Shown here one piece after another: positions 1 to 10,702 of a stretch of 64,000 bases of DNA (the stretch's first letter is position 1; each line of letters begins with the position of its first letter). Under the pieces are notes generated by a model. The model worked only from the letters and a program-made list of their open reading frames with translations, did not search any database and was not told the origin of the DNA. A program made the translations under genes and the position numbers. Source of the DNA: Carpediemonas membranifera BICM (Eukaryota; Protista; Fornicata); NCBI GenBank assembly GCA_019828565.1, contig JAHDYR010000004.1, forward strand, positions 186,001 through 250,000. The letters run 5' to 3'.

Positions 1-196
1 CGTCGGCCTCCCCATTGCTCTCAGTGACATCGGTCTGACTCATGCCTCTGACGAGGCCCTCATGAAGGTCGCCGCTGTCGCCGCTGCACCCCACGACACC
101 GCCGTCAACTTGCCCTTCCACGTCTCTGCAGAGACTGTATTTGCCGCACTCAAGGCCACCGACGCCTACGGCCGCATGAAACACACCCAGCGTTAA
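1..196 (+). CDS. gldA: Glycerol dehydrogenase (iron-containing ADH family), 3' end only
   Basis: Not in the ORF track. Frame +2 reads VGLPIALSDIGLTHASDEALMKVAAVAAAPHDTAVNLPFHVSAETVFAALKATDAYGRMKHTQR* (TAA 194-196), matching the bacterial GldA C-terminal pattern GLP.TL...N.P...V.AAL..AD.YG. Confidence 0.8.
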   Translation, partial: VGLPIALSDIGLTHASDEALMKVAAVAAAPHDTAVNLPFHVSAETVFAALKATDAYGRMKHTQR

Positions 197-327
197 CCTG
201 GGAGTGTTATAAATCGAGCATTTAAACGTTTCCTGCTTGGTGTCTAGTTGTGGCACTAGACAAGATAAGACTGTCCCAGCGCCTTGGTCATCCCCATTCT
301 CATTGACATTATGAGGACCCAGCAGCC

Positions 328-855
328 TTAGGCGACCCGCCTCCGTCCGCCGTCGGACTGACCAGACTCATGCGCCGCGACCATGTTACGGAACCGCCTG
401 CTCTGCTGCTGCTCTCGCTGCAGTGCGGAAAACGAATCGGCAGGGTCAGGGTCGAACGAGTCGATCAAGGCGTCCGTCATCCCGGGGGGGAGCCCACCTC
501 GGCCCACAAAGATGAGGTCTAGTATTTCCTCCGCACTAAGCTGGCCGTGGAGAGCAAGGTTCTCGATCTCCTCGGGGGTGAGACGCTGCCGAGGTCCCCG
601 GTTGTTACGGACGTCCTGGCCAGGCAAAGAATGGCCGGCGGGGCGGGGGGCCGGGATCGGCAAGTCTATGAGATTACCAGTGCTACGATCGGATATTTGG
701 AAGCTGATGTCGTCCCCAGCTTGAGAAATGCGAAGACGAGTCACGTGAATGCCATGAGCGCTACGTGGCGGCAAAACATTAGCATCTCCGGCCTGATAGT
801 TATAGATATGCCGTTGAATATCCTTCCGATTCATGTTTGGTGAGACAAGTCCCAT
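328..855 (-). CDS. Hypothetical protein
   Basis: ORF from ATG 855 fills the gap between gldA and Tam41; no recognisable motif. Confidence 0.4.
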   Translation of the reverse strand: MGLVSPNMNRKDIQRHIYNYQAGDANVLPPRSAHGIHVTRLRISQAGDDISFQISDRSTGNLIDLPIPAPRPAGHSLPGQDVRNNRGPRQRLTPEEIENLALHGQLSAEEILDLIFVGRGGLPPGMTDALIDSFDPDPADSFSALQREQQQSRRFRNMVAAHESGQSDGGRRRVA

Positions 856-921
856 TCTTGCTCCGTTTGCTTGTTTCGGAAACGCTGTACAACTTTTACA
901 AAGACCTATCCAACCATCTGC

Positions 922-1944
922 ATGCCGCTCGATCCTCACGTTACAGAGCAACTCATCAACCGTTTCAGCTATAGTGGGCTACGCGTCGTCATTGGCTACG
1001 GCTCGCAGGTGATTAAGCAAGCTTCCGAGCTGAAATCGTCTCTCATCGATGTTCTCGTCGTTGTCGACGATGCTCACCTTGCCAACTGGCATACGCAGAA
1101 CATGCAGATGCATGGATCCGATTACTCTCTCCTTTGCCGTGTTCTCCCCCGCAACTGGCTCATTAAGGTACAAAACGCCGCTGGCGGTGTCCTCTTCAAC
1201 CCCGACGTCGCTCTGACCGAGGGCTCCGAGACGCACATCAAATACGGCGTCATCTCGTGGAAAACACTCCTCTCCGACCTCGGAGGCTGGTCCAAGGGTA
1301 TGTACCTTGCCGGCCGTCTCCAGAAGCCCGTCGATCTCCTCTACGTCGAGGACTCGGTCAAGGACGAGCTCGACCATGCCATCAGGGTCAACAGACGTGC
1401 TGCCGCTTGCACTTCCCTCCTCAAACGGGACTCGCTCCTCACGGACCGGCAGCTGCTCACGGACATCATGGGCCTCAGCTACCTCGGAGATCCCCGTATG
1501 AAGTTCGCTGAGAACCCCATGAAGGTGACCAACATTGTCACCGCCCAGATTGAGTATCTCAGACAGATTTACCACCCGATTTTGAAGGAGGATCTCGGCC
1601 TCACCGTTTTGGCAGCCGGTGAAGATTTTGAGATCGACCAGAGCAGTGCCTCTGGTACTATGCTGGCCCAACAGTGCCCCCACTTCACCTCCCGTCTTGT
1701 GAAGGGCTCGACCGTCACGGTCGGGTCGACCATTGTCAGGGACGGGTCGGCGTTCGGGGACGTGACACAGCGCCAGGCGGTCATTGATGCGGCGATCTCG
1801 AACATCGTAGGGCCGGTGGCGGGGCGTCAGACCCTCAAGGGGGGCATAACCTCCCCTATTCTGAGGATGATCCCATATATCTGGGCGAAGATCAAGAAGA
1901 GCCGCGAGGGCCGGCGTGAGGCGGGCAGGGTGAAACTGAACTAA
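922..1944 (+). CDS. TAM41: Tam41/Mmp37 mitochondrial phosphatidate cytidylyltransferase
   Basis: Motifs GYGSQVIKQ, IDVLVVVDD, IKYGVIS, YLAGRLQKPV, LSYLGDPRMKFAENPMKVTNIV; first ATG at 922. Confidence 0.9.
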   Translation: MPLDPHVTEQLINRFSYSGLRVVIGYGSQVIKQASELKSSLIDVLVVVDDAHLANWHTQNMQMHGSDYSLLCRVLPRNWLIKVQNAAGGVLFNPDVALTEGSETHIKYGVISWKTLLSDLGGWSKGMYLAGRLQKPVDLLYVEDSVKDELDHAIRVNRRAAACTSLLKRDSLLTDRQLLTDIMGLSYLGDPRMKFAENPMKVTNIVTAQIEYLRQIYHPILKEDLGLTVLAAGEDFEIDQSSASGTMLAQQCPHFTSRLVKGSTVTVGSTIVRDGSAFGDVTQRQAVIDAAISNIVGPVAGRQTLKGGITSPILRMIPYIWAKIKKSREGRREAGRVKLN

Positions 1945-2235
1945 ATGAATGTACGCTTGGTTCGACGAGAAGTGGTGCTATGGGGTGGGCAACTGAGGGC
2001 AAGACCATCGATGGCTTGGAACGATCATCCCCTTCGAAGTGACGTGACGCTGGCTCGTGATGTGCTGGATTATTGTTGTTGACGTCGACCCATGGACCAA
2101 GGACGCCGAGTGATGAGACTACTGAAGCTGCTGAGTCGACTCAATTGTGGACCTTTGTGGCGTCGCGCTGACAAGACTTCAGGTACAGTCGGATGACCAG
2201 ACCATAATTGTTTATAAAAGGGTTATAACACATAT

Positions 2236-2979
2236 TTAAACGGATTGGTAGACGTAAGAGGGTACCTGGGTGTACATCGAGGGCGGGGCAGGCACCTGGG
2301 CCTGGGCCTGCGGGACGACGTATGACGGGGCAGGGTACGACTTGGGAATTCCGTCCATCAGACCGTAGTTGTACTGGCCGAGACGGGCCTTGCGGGTGGA
2401 GGACGCACTGCCGCAGCAAAGGCGGATGAAGATCACTGCGATTGCAAAGATGCACGTGACCTTTGCGAAAATAACGCAGCAACAGACGCAGGGGCCAAGG
2501 AGCATGATAGTGAACCACAGGATGGGGATGAGGAGATTGGCATAGTTGAAATACGTTGGGTCCCCGAGGACGAAAGTGTCGCTCGAGCATCCAAAGAGTT
2601 CATCGCTGTCTGGGCCCAACCCGACGCAGAGGTACAGCTTCTCTGTCGTGTAGTTCGGGAGGTCCAGCGTGAGTGAGCCGGCATCTGGGAAGCCCGAGCG
2701 GTCAACGAACTTGATACGGGAAGAGATGTCAACAGGCGCGGTATCCCATTCGGGGTCGGTGTGTTTGATGTACAGCCGGATGCTGGTGGTGTACCAGTCG
2801 TGAATAACGAACTCGCATGCTCTATTGACGTTGAATGTGACGAGTCTGGTGTCAGTGGACCTGTCGTACGACGATACGGTCCAAGCACCCTCAATTCCGT
2901 TTGTTGCGCAGTCAATGGAGAGTGAAAACGAAACAAATACTGATAGTACTACAAGATATACCAGGGAGAAGTGCCGCAT
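2236..2979 (-). CDS. Type I membrane protein (signal peptide, 4-Cys ectodomain, Cys-rich TM region, Pro/Tyr/Gln tail); paralog of 42764-43501
   Basis: Hydrophobic N-terminus MRHFSLVYLVVLSVFVSFSLS, TM segment with CVCCC, tail PAPSYVVPQAQ. Confidence 0.7.
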   Translation of the reverse strand: MRHFSLVYLVVLSVFVSFSLSIDCATNGIEGAWTVSSYDRSTDTRLVTFNVNRACEFVIHDWYTTSIRLYIKHTDPEWDTAPVDISSRIKFVDRSGFPDAGSLTLDLPNYTTEKLYLCVGLGPDSDELFGCSSDTFVLGDPTYFNYANLLIPILWFTIMLLGPCVCCCVIFAKVTCIFAIAVIFIRLCCGSASSTRKARLGQYNYGLMDGIPKSYPAPSYVVPQAQAQVPAPPSMYTQVPSYVYQSV

Positions 2980-3284
2980 CGTTTGTATGACGCTGGATGT
3001 GGATCCCGATCTCAAGCCTGAAAAGGCGCAGTTTAGTGATGTACGACCGTGCGTTGGCCATGCCGCACAAACACCCGGCCTGAGACAATCTGGATAACTG
3101 GAGACCAGCTTGGCCTCGTTCTAGATGGCTGTTCGCGGTTGGCCAATTGAGTAGGGGCTGAGCCTCCCCAATGGCCAATGGAACAGAGGTGATAGTTGCT
3201 TCTCAGAATAGTGCATGCAGCACCCCATACCGGCCAAACGCGCATTTATCGCAGCCAATGTAACATGTAATTCTCTGGAGCACG

Positions 3285-5147
3285 ATGTCTACCACCGAGA
3301 ACACGTACACAGCAACGGTTATCGCGGAGATAACGTCCTCATATCTCAAATTCAATACATCAGACAAGTTATCGCCACAGCAGATGCACCTTCTGGTTGC
3401 TCATCGGCGAGATACAGATGTCGGGCGTGGCCTGGACCTCTCGTGCGCATTCATGCCTGATCAGACAGCCAGCAAGACCCCTGAGATCCTGAAGAACTAC
3501 ACTCCCCTTCTTCTCGAGACCAAAGAAGACTTTGAACTGAAGAACTCTGCCATCAGAACGATTGAGGAGGACACCATGCACCAGGAGTACGATCGGAGCC
3601 AGTATACATGGCTCGGACCCGCTGACGATATGTCCGGTATGCCCTCCCGTGTTGTAGGCGACGAGGTTCGGCGGCTAACACCCGACGCGCCGTACAACGT
3701 GCACCGCCCCATCGTAGACGGCCGCATGAACCTCACCGACGTCACCACCACCACCACCGCCGCTGGGGACGCGTACATGACTCTGGACGACGCCATGCTC
3801 GACCTGCAACTCCTGCTCGAGAGCGCCCTCACGCGCCTCACCATCGGCCCCGCAGATTATGACAAGACCCGGCTTGTCCTCATAGTACCGCCCAGCCTGT
3901 CCATGAGAGAGGTCAAGGAGCTCGTCCACATGGCGCTGGTCCCCATGGGCCTCCACAGCGTCCTCGTCCAAGGCGGGATGATGGCCGCCCTGTACGGCGC
4001 CGGCCTCGGTACCGGGGTTGTTGTGATGTCCGACGAGACCGCGACACACGTCCAGGTGGTCTATGAGGGCATCCCCGCGCCGCTGTCACTCAGACTCGGA
4101 TACGGGTCAAACGTCCTCGCCAACGCCTTCCAGACCCTCATCATAGCCCATGGCCCAACTCTTGCCCCCGCCCTGGGTCTGGCGACGGACTTGGAATCGC
4201 ACAGCCTACTCAGATACTACACACTGGAGACAACCGCGCTCATGTTCTCATCACTGGTCCGGGATGTATCAGTCAAGCGAGAGGTCGTCCCGGTCCCGTC
4301 GCTCCCGGAAGAGGGGCCCCGGGCAGGATCAGGGCTGCTGGCCCTCCCCTCGGCAAAGTACGAAGGCATACTCATCGCCTGCCCCCAGGTGAGGCACTCC
4401 CTTGGGCTCGCCATGATATGCCCGGATGACACGATCAGGCGGCTGTGCACGGGCGCCGACGTCAACGCGCAGTTTAGGGAGAGGATGAGTCAATGTGCAG
4501 TTTTAGCCGGTTTTGCGGAGGACGAAAGCCTCGACTTCCAGCAGTGGGACAGGCTGAAGAGCAAGGACCCGGACAGCAAGAAGCGCAGCCACAAAAAGAA
4601 GAAGGAAGCGAAGGAGGAGACCGACGACGGCAAGAAGGAGAAGGAGGAGGAGACCCAGCGTGCCGAGAGCCAGAAGACCCAGACCGAGGGCGACGGCAAG
4701 GACGGCGAGGGCGAGAAGAAGAAGAAGCGGACGCCTCGCAAGCCGCTGCGGCACATCCCGGATGTGGTTGAGGACGCCGGCTTCCTAAGCATCCCAGATG
4801 CAATCGTGAAGGCGGTTGACTCATCAATCCCGTGGCTCGATGAGATCGGCGAGCGGGCCCAAGACCGCAAGGCCAAGCTGCTGGGGAAGCTCCTGCTGTG
4901 TGGCAACGTCTTCCACATGGATGGGCTCTCGCAGACGGTGGCGAAGGCCGTGGGGCGCAGGACGAGCGTGAAGGCCGAGCCCGAGACTGCGACGAACGAG
5001 CACATTGCCGGGTGCGACCATGCCTGGCGCGGGGGCCTGGCTGTCAGCGATATACTTTACAGCAAGGACCTGTTCGTGACCAAGGCGGTGTGGCAGAAGG
5101 CCGGGAGTCGGGTGCTCAGAGACCAGCCGACGTTCAAGCTGGACTAA
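3285..5147 (+). CDS. Nuclear actin-related protein, Arp8-like (INO80 complex)
   Basis: Actin-fold motifs VVGDE, HRPIVDGRMN, ALYGAGLGTGVVV, LLLCGN, AWRGGL; charged insertion typical of Arp8. Confidence 0.7.
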   Translation: MSTTENTYTATVIAEITSSYLKFNTSDKLSPQQMHLLVAHRRDTDVGRGLDLSCAFMPDQTASKTPEILKNYTPLLLETKEDFELKNSAIRTIEEDTMHQEYDRSQYTWLGPADDMSGMPSRVVGDEVRRLTPDAPYNVHRPIVDGRMNLTDVTTTTTAAGDAYMTLDDAMLDLQLLLESALTRLTIGPADYDKTRLVLIVPPSLSMREVKELVHMALVPMGLHSVLVQGGMMAALYGAGLGTGVVVMSDETATHVQVVYEGIPAPLSLRLGYGSNVLANAFQTLIIAHGPTLAPALGLATDLESHSLLRYYTLETTALMFSSLVRDVSVKREVVPVPSLPEEGPRAGSGLLALPSAKYEGILIACPQVRHSLGLAMICPDDTIRRLCTGADVNAQFRERMSQCAVLAGFAEDESLDFQQWDRLKSKDPDSKKRSHKKKKEAKEETDDGKKEKEEETQRAESQKTQTEGDGKDGEGEKKKKRTPRKPLRHIPDVVEDAGFLSIPDAIVKAVDSSIPWLDEIGERAQDRKAKLLGKLLLCGNVFHMDGLSQTVAKAVGRRTSVKAEPETATNEHIAGCDHAWRGGLAVSDILYSKDLFVTKAVWQKAGSRVLRDQPTFKLD

Positions 5148-5547
5148 CGGTAAATAGAGGGCTTGTGGGGCATGCTGTATGGTGCAGCGCTTGGGCTCAA
5201 GTCTGTCCTGCATTGTCGGACAGGCCTCATTGACCACCCAAGACAGCCCCAATGACACTGCACCGCGCGTTACCATCAGAGGTTCATGGTTTCATGTCAC
5301 GATGGCCGACTGCGCTCAAAGTCGCAAACTGCCCTTCCAAAGTGAGATTCATTCAGCGATATGAATGAGCGACGATGCATAAAGTTCGTTCCGCGCCTCC
5401 CACTTACGCAGCTGGTACGTTCCCTATCCCGTTGGTGCAGAGATGCAGCCCGCGGCGAGTTCAAGAGCACTAACACAGTGGATCTCAACAATGGTGCGTC
5501 CTCCCCGAGAATCTCACGCAGCAGCGAGTGCAGAGCAGTAGATCACA

Positions 5548-8500
5548 TGATCAGAGACGCCACGACGCGCATCTTCGCCCCAGATAGCAAGCTCCACCTC
5601 AAGCCCGTCGGATCCTCGCCCCTCACTGCTACAGACCTCAGCCGCGTCCTCGACCACCTCTCGACATTGGCCGTGCTGCCCAGAGAGTTCAGCATGAGGC
5701 TGACTGAGCCCGACCTCACTGTCACGATGAGGTATGGCAAGCTGGCCGCCGACAAGCCCGACAGCGCCGTCGACGATCTGCTCGCTGCCTGGAATGCGAG
5801 GATGGCTGAGTGCATCCAGACGATGAAGGGTCACACCAACTGGGTGTTCAGCGTCGCCTTCCTCCCTGACGGCACCATGCTCACTGGGTCATGGGATGGG
5901 ACGACCAAGCTGTGGGACAAGCGCGGCGCCTGCAAAATGTCGATGAAGCATGGTGGAAATGTTTTGTGCATCGCCGTCTCCCCGGACGGGTCAACCATCG
6001 CATCGGGCAGGACTGACCGCAAGATCAAGCTGTGGGACCAGTCCGGCAGACTCGTCAAGACACCAATAATGTGAGAAGCCTCGCCTTCTCCCCAGACGGC
6101 AAGACGCTGGTGTCCGGATCCGATGACAAGACAGTCAGGTCGTGGGACGTCGCCACCGGCGAGTGCAGGACGTTGGAAGGGCACTCAGATTGGGTGCTCT
6201 CCGTCGCCATCTCCCCCGACGGCAAGACCATCGTCTCTGGATCAAAGGACAAGACAATCAAGGTGTGGGTCGCTGAGTCGGGCAGACTCGAGCAGACTCT
6301 GGAGGGCCACACTGATTCTGTCTTCTCCGTCGCCATCTCCCCGGACGGCGCTCTGCTGGCCTCTGGGTCATTGGACAAGACCATCAGACTCTGGGACACC
6401 AGGACCTGGGAGTGCGTCGCCGTCCTCAGGGGGCACACGCACTTTGTCTTCAGCGTCGCCTTCTCGCCCGACGGCAGGACCCTCGCCTCTGGGTCTGGTG
6501 ACAACACCATCAAGCTCTGGAGCATCGACAGCGGCGAGTGCTTCGAGACGCTCAGGGATCATGCCGATAAGGTGTGGAGCGTCGCATTCTCCCCAGACGG
6601 GTCGACCCTGCTCTCTGGGTCTGATGACAACACCGCCAAGCAGTGGTCACTTGGTCGCTCTCCCGAGCTCACCGCCCTCGACCAGACCCTCGCCGAGCCT
6701 GTCCCGGCCGCGGCCATCGTCCGCCTCGAGGGCACCGCTACAGACCTCAGCCGCGTCCTCAACCACCTCTCGACGCGGCCCAGAGAGTTCAGCATGAGGC
6801 TGACTGAGCCCGACCTCACTGTCACGATGAGGTATGGCAAGCTGGCCGCCAACAAGCCCGACAGCGCCGTCGACGCCATGCTCGCTGCCTGGCATGCGAG
6901 GATGGCTGAGTGCATCCACACGATGAAGGGTCACACCGATGAGGTGTTCAGCGTCGCCTTCCTCCCTGACGGCGCCATGGTCACTGGGTCATGGGATGGG
7001 ACGACCAAGCTGTGGGACAAGCGCGGCGCCTGCAAGACGACGATGGAGCATGGCGGGTCTGTTCGGTGCATCGCCGTCTCCCCGGACGGGTCAACCATCG
7101 CCTCGGGCGGGACTGACCACAAGATCAAGCTGTGGGACCAGACCGGCAGACTCGTCAAGACGCTCGAGGGGCACACCGATGATGTGAACAGCCTCGCCTT
7201 CTCCCCAGACGGCAAGACGCTGGTGTCCGGATCCGATGACAAGACAGTCAGGTCGTGGGACGTCGCCACCGGCGAGTGCAGGACGATGGAAGGGCACTCA
7301 GATTTGGTGCTCTCCGTCGCCATCTCCCCCGACGGCAAGACCATCGTCTCTGGATCGTCTGATAGGACGATCAAGGTGTGGATCGCTGAGTCGGGCAGAC
7401 TCGAGCAGACTCTGGAGGGCCACACTGATTCTGCCGTCTCCGTCGCCATCTCCCCGGACGGCGCTCTTCTGGCCTCTGGGTCTTGCGACAACACCATCAG
7501 ACTCTGGGACACCAGGACCTGGGAGTGCGTCGCCGTCCTCAGGGGGCACGCGAGTTCTGTCCGCAGTGTCGCCTTCTCGCCCGACGGCAGGACCCTCGCC
7601 TCTGGGTCTGGTGACAACACCATCAAGCTCTGGAGCATCGACAGCGGCGAGTGCTTCGCGACGCTCAGGGGTCATGACAATATTGTGCGCTGCGTCGTCT
7701 TCTCCCCAGACGGGTCGACGCTGCTCTCTGGATCTTCCGACAACACCGCCAAGCAGTGGCCCTCCACTAACTCACCAGAAATCAAGGAGGTCTGCGCCCA
7801 ACCCACGCTCGGCGCCGACATCCGCCTGCCGTCCGACGACTCGCCCCTCTACCTCGCCGACCTGGCGCGGGTCGTCATCCACATCCTCGCCACGGGCCTG
7901 CCCCGCTCCTTCAAGATGAGGCTGGCCCACCCCGAATGCACCGTCTCTCTTGGTCCTACCGGATTCACGTCGAGCCAAGCCGCCGATGTTGAAGCCCTTC
8001 TCGAGCTACTCAACCGCCACCCTATGTTACTGACACTGTTGGCTGAAACACGTGCTCTCGACGCCGTTGACGAAGCGCTGTACGTGGCCGCGGATCTGAG
8101 CGACGCCAAGCGCCTGCTGGCCGCCGCCGGCCCGCACGCGGAGCAGCACGAGGCGCGAGTGCTCGCGCTGAGGACCGACCTCGCCCGCCTCCAGCCCGTG
8201 CAGGCGCTCGCCAAGGACCCGATGCCCGCGCTCAGGGGCCGCGTCAAGGAGGCGCTGGAGAGGAGCGACGAGCTCCACGCGCACATCATCAGCGGCGACG
8301 TCGCCAAAATGCGCTCGAAGAAGCTCCGGAGTGTCAAGTTCAGCCCCGTCGTCCTCAACTGCCTCGATCGCGAGCGCCGGTCGCCGCTGCACAGCGCGTT
8401 CGTGCACGACCAGCCGCAGGCCTTCGCGGCGCTGCTCAAGGCCGGCTGCCTGCTCGACGACGCCTTCCCGGACGGCCACCCGCTGCTGGCCGCCGTCGCC

Positions 8501-10003
8501 AAGCCGCCGATGCTGGCCGCGATGCTGGCCGCGAGGGTTGACATCGACACCGTCAGCCGGAACACGACTGCGCTCGTGGTCGCCATCCAGGGCGGCCACT
8601 GGGACTCCGCGACGAAGCTGCTCGCCCGCGGCGCCGACCCCCTCCTCCCGCCGGTCGGCGTCAACGCGCTGCAGGTCGTCAAGGGCGTGGCCGACCCGCT
8701 CATGGCCGGCGTGATCCGGGCCGCCATCAACGACGCCCTGACGAAGCAGCTCAGCGACGCCATCACGCAGGGCGACACCGCTGCCGTGAAGCGGCTGCTC
8801 GCGGCGGGCGTGTCCGCGAACGGCGTGGACGGCAAGATGCCGCCGCTCTTCGCTGCCGTCAAGGCGGGCAACTTCGACATCGTCAGCCTGCTGCTGAAGC
8901 ACGGCGCCGACCGGGCCGCGACGTACAAGGGCAAGACAGCTGCCCAACGCGTGAAGAAGGGCAGCAACCTGCAGTTCTTGCTGCAGAGCCAAGCAGAACC
9001 CGCTCGTGTGAACTATGACCTCAACGCGGACATCACGAAGCCGGCGGGCAGCATCGCGTTCAGCCAGGCCGACCGCATCGGCGAGGGCGGCATGGCGGCC
9101 GTCTTCCGCGGCACGTACGGCGGCACCGACTGCGCCGTCAAGGTCGTCGCGCAGGCCGACCTGAACGCGGTGCAGGCCAGTCGGCTGCAGAACGAGATCT
9201 TCGTCCACAAGCAGCTGCGCCACAGCAACGTCGTCGCGCTCTACGCGCTCGAGCAGGACGACCGGGAGATCCGGCTCGCGCTCGAGCTCGCGTCGGGGTC
9301 GCTCTCTGCGCTGCTGCTCTCGAAGGCCGACCTGCCCTGGGACGCGCGGCTGAAGTTCGCGCGCGACATCGCGGCGGCCATGGCGTTCATCGTGGGCGAG
9401 GGCTACGAGCACAGGGACCTCAAGTCGCTCAACGTCCTCATCACTGGCTCCACAGCAAACCTTAGCGACTTCGGGCTGACCGCGAGGCTCGACGATCATG
9501 TGAATTTCGTCGAGGGCTCGTGGCCGTGGATGGCGCCCGAGCGCTTCGACGGCGTGGGCGGCGAGAAGGCCGACGTCTACGCCTTCGGCATCACGCTCTG
9601 GGAGATCGCCGCGCGCGACATCCCGTACCGCCAGGAGCGCCTCGGGCTCGACGCCATCCGCGCGCACGTGCGGGCTGGCTACCGGCCGACGATCCCCGCG
9701 GGCACGCCGGCGGCCGTGGGCGAGCTGATCCGCCGCTGCGTGGCGCCCGACCCGCGCGACCGCCCCACCTTCGCGGAGGTCGTCGCCGCGCTGCCCGACA
9801 GCGCCTCGACCGAGATGTACACGGAGAGCGCCGTGCGCAACCACGAGGTCGGCACCTTCGCGAACGCCAGCGCGCCCTGGATGACGCTGTCCGAAGACGA
9901 GAGAGCAGCCGCGCTCGCCGCGATGGGCACGGTCACCGCGACATACCGCACGAACGCGCCCAGCGCCCCGGGCCTGCGCACGCTGAACGACATGTATAGG
10001 TAA
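5548..10003 (+). pseudogene. WD40 (2 propeller modules)-ankyrin-TKL protein kinase, copy 1; frameshifted near 6061
   Basis: ORFs 5361-6074 and 6032-10003 join after restoring a 13-nt deletion (gctcgaggggcac) present in the paralogous modules. GH..WD repeats, ankyrin motifs (SPLHSAF, TALVVAI, PPLFAAVKAGNFDIVSLLLKHGAD), kinase GEGGMA/AVK/HRDLKSLN/DFG/WMAPE. Confidence 0.85.
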
Positions 10004-10039
10004 AGAGATTGGCTCAGCATTTTCACCCGCCCCGACCCA

Positions 10040-10396
10040 TCACCAGTCCTCCTCCGTCACAGGCCCGGGCCGGACCTCCGTCGCCCGCCTGAACGCGGCC
10101 GTCTCCCACGTCGCCCTCATCGGGGCGGTGACCATCTCGGGGCCGACGAGCCCGAGCTCCTCGTGCGTGTTGCGGCCCAGGCCGTACCAGCCGAAGGCTG
10201 TGGCCAGCCAGTAGCGGTCGTTCGAGTCTGCCCGGACGGCCGTGACGACCTCGGGGAAGTCCCACTCGACGTACTCGCTCTCGTTGTGGACGAAGATGCC
10301 GTAGGACCCGCCGCCGTCCGCCCGCACGAGCACCCACAGGAACTCACGGTGGGCGAGATTGCGACTAAGATCATTTACAACGCTACCATATATCAC
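10040..10396 (-). pseudogene. Short RCC1-like repeat fragment
   Basis: YWLATAFGWYGLGRNTHEELGL resembles an RCC1 blade and the GVTPSGLWTWGANEQNQLGI motif in the 20030-23023 protein; no ATG start. Confidence 0.4.
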
Positions 10397-10702
10397 AACC
10401 TTGCCCTCAGTAGTCGAAACCGGTCCTGGTTTTGGGCCGCCGCACCGTCTTCTTGGGCAGCCCAGGCGCTTCCCGTTTCACCCGCGTGGTGCCCGTCCCG
10501 GCGGTCGCAGTGGCCGGGCGACGGGTCGACACGGGCCGGCGGAGGCCCTCGCCGGCGATGGATCGGACTCGGTCGACTCGTCCAGACTCAGTCTCCCGTA
10601 GTCAGAGTCGTATCTGACTCTATGGCCCCGTCAGTCGCGTGGCACACGCTACCGCACGCCAATTTATTCCTGAAAGCCAAGGCAAGCACACCTCGCTCAT
10701 AC

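Noticed and set aside
8027-9844. Long antisense ORFs (also 39231-41510, 33158-34168, 29030-30385, 52408-54165, 55866-56867)
   Set aside because: Shadows of GC3-rich sense genes with no independent motifs.
5548-10003. NACHT/NB-ARC NLR or ROCO/LRRK kinase
   Set aside because: No P-loop NTPase, Roc or COR domain between the repeats and the kinase.
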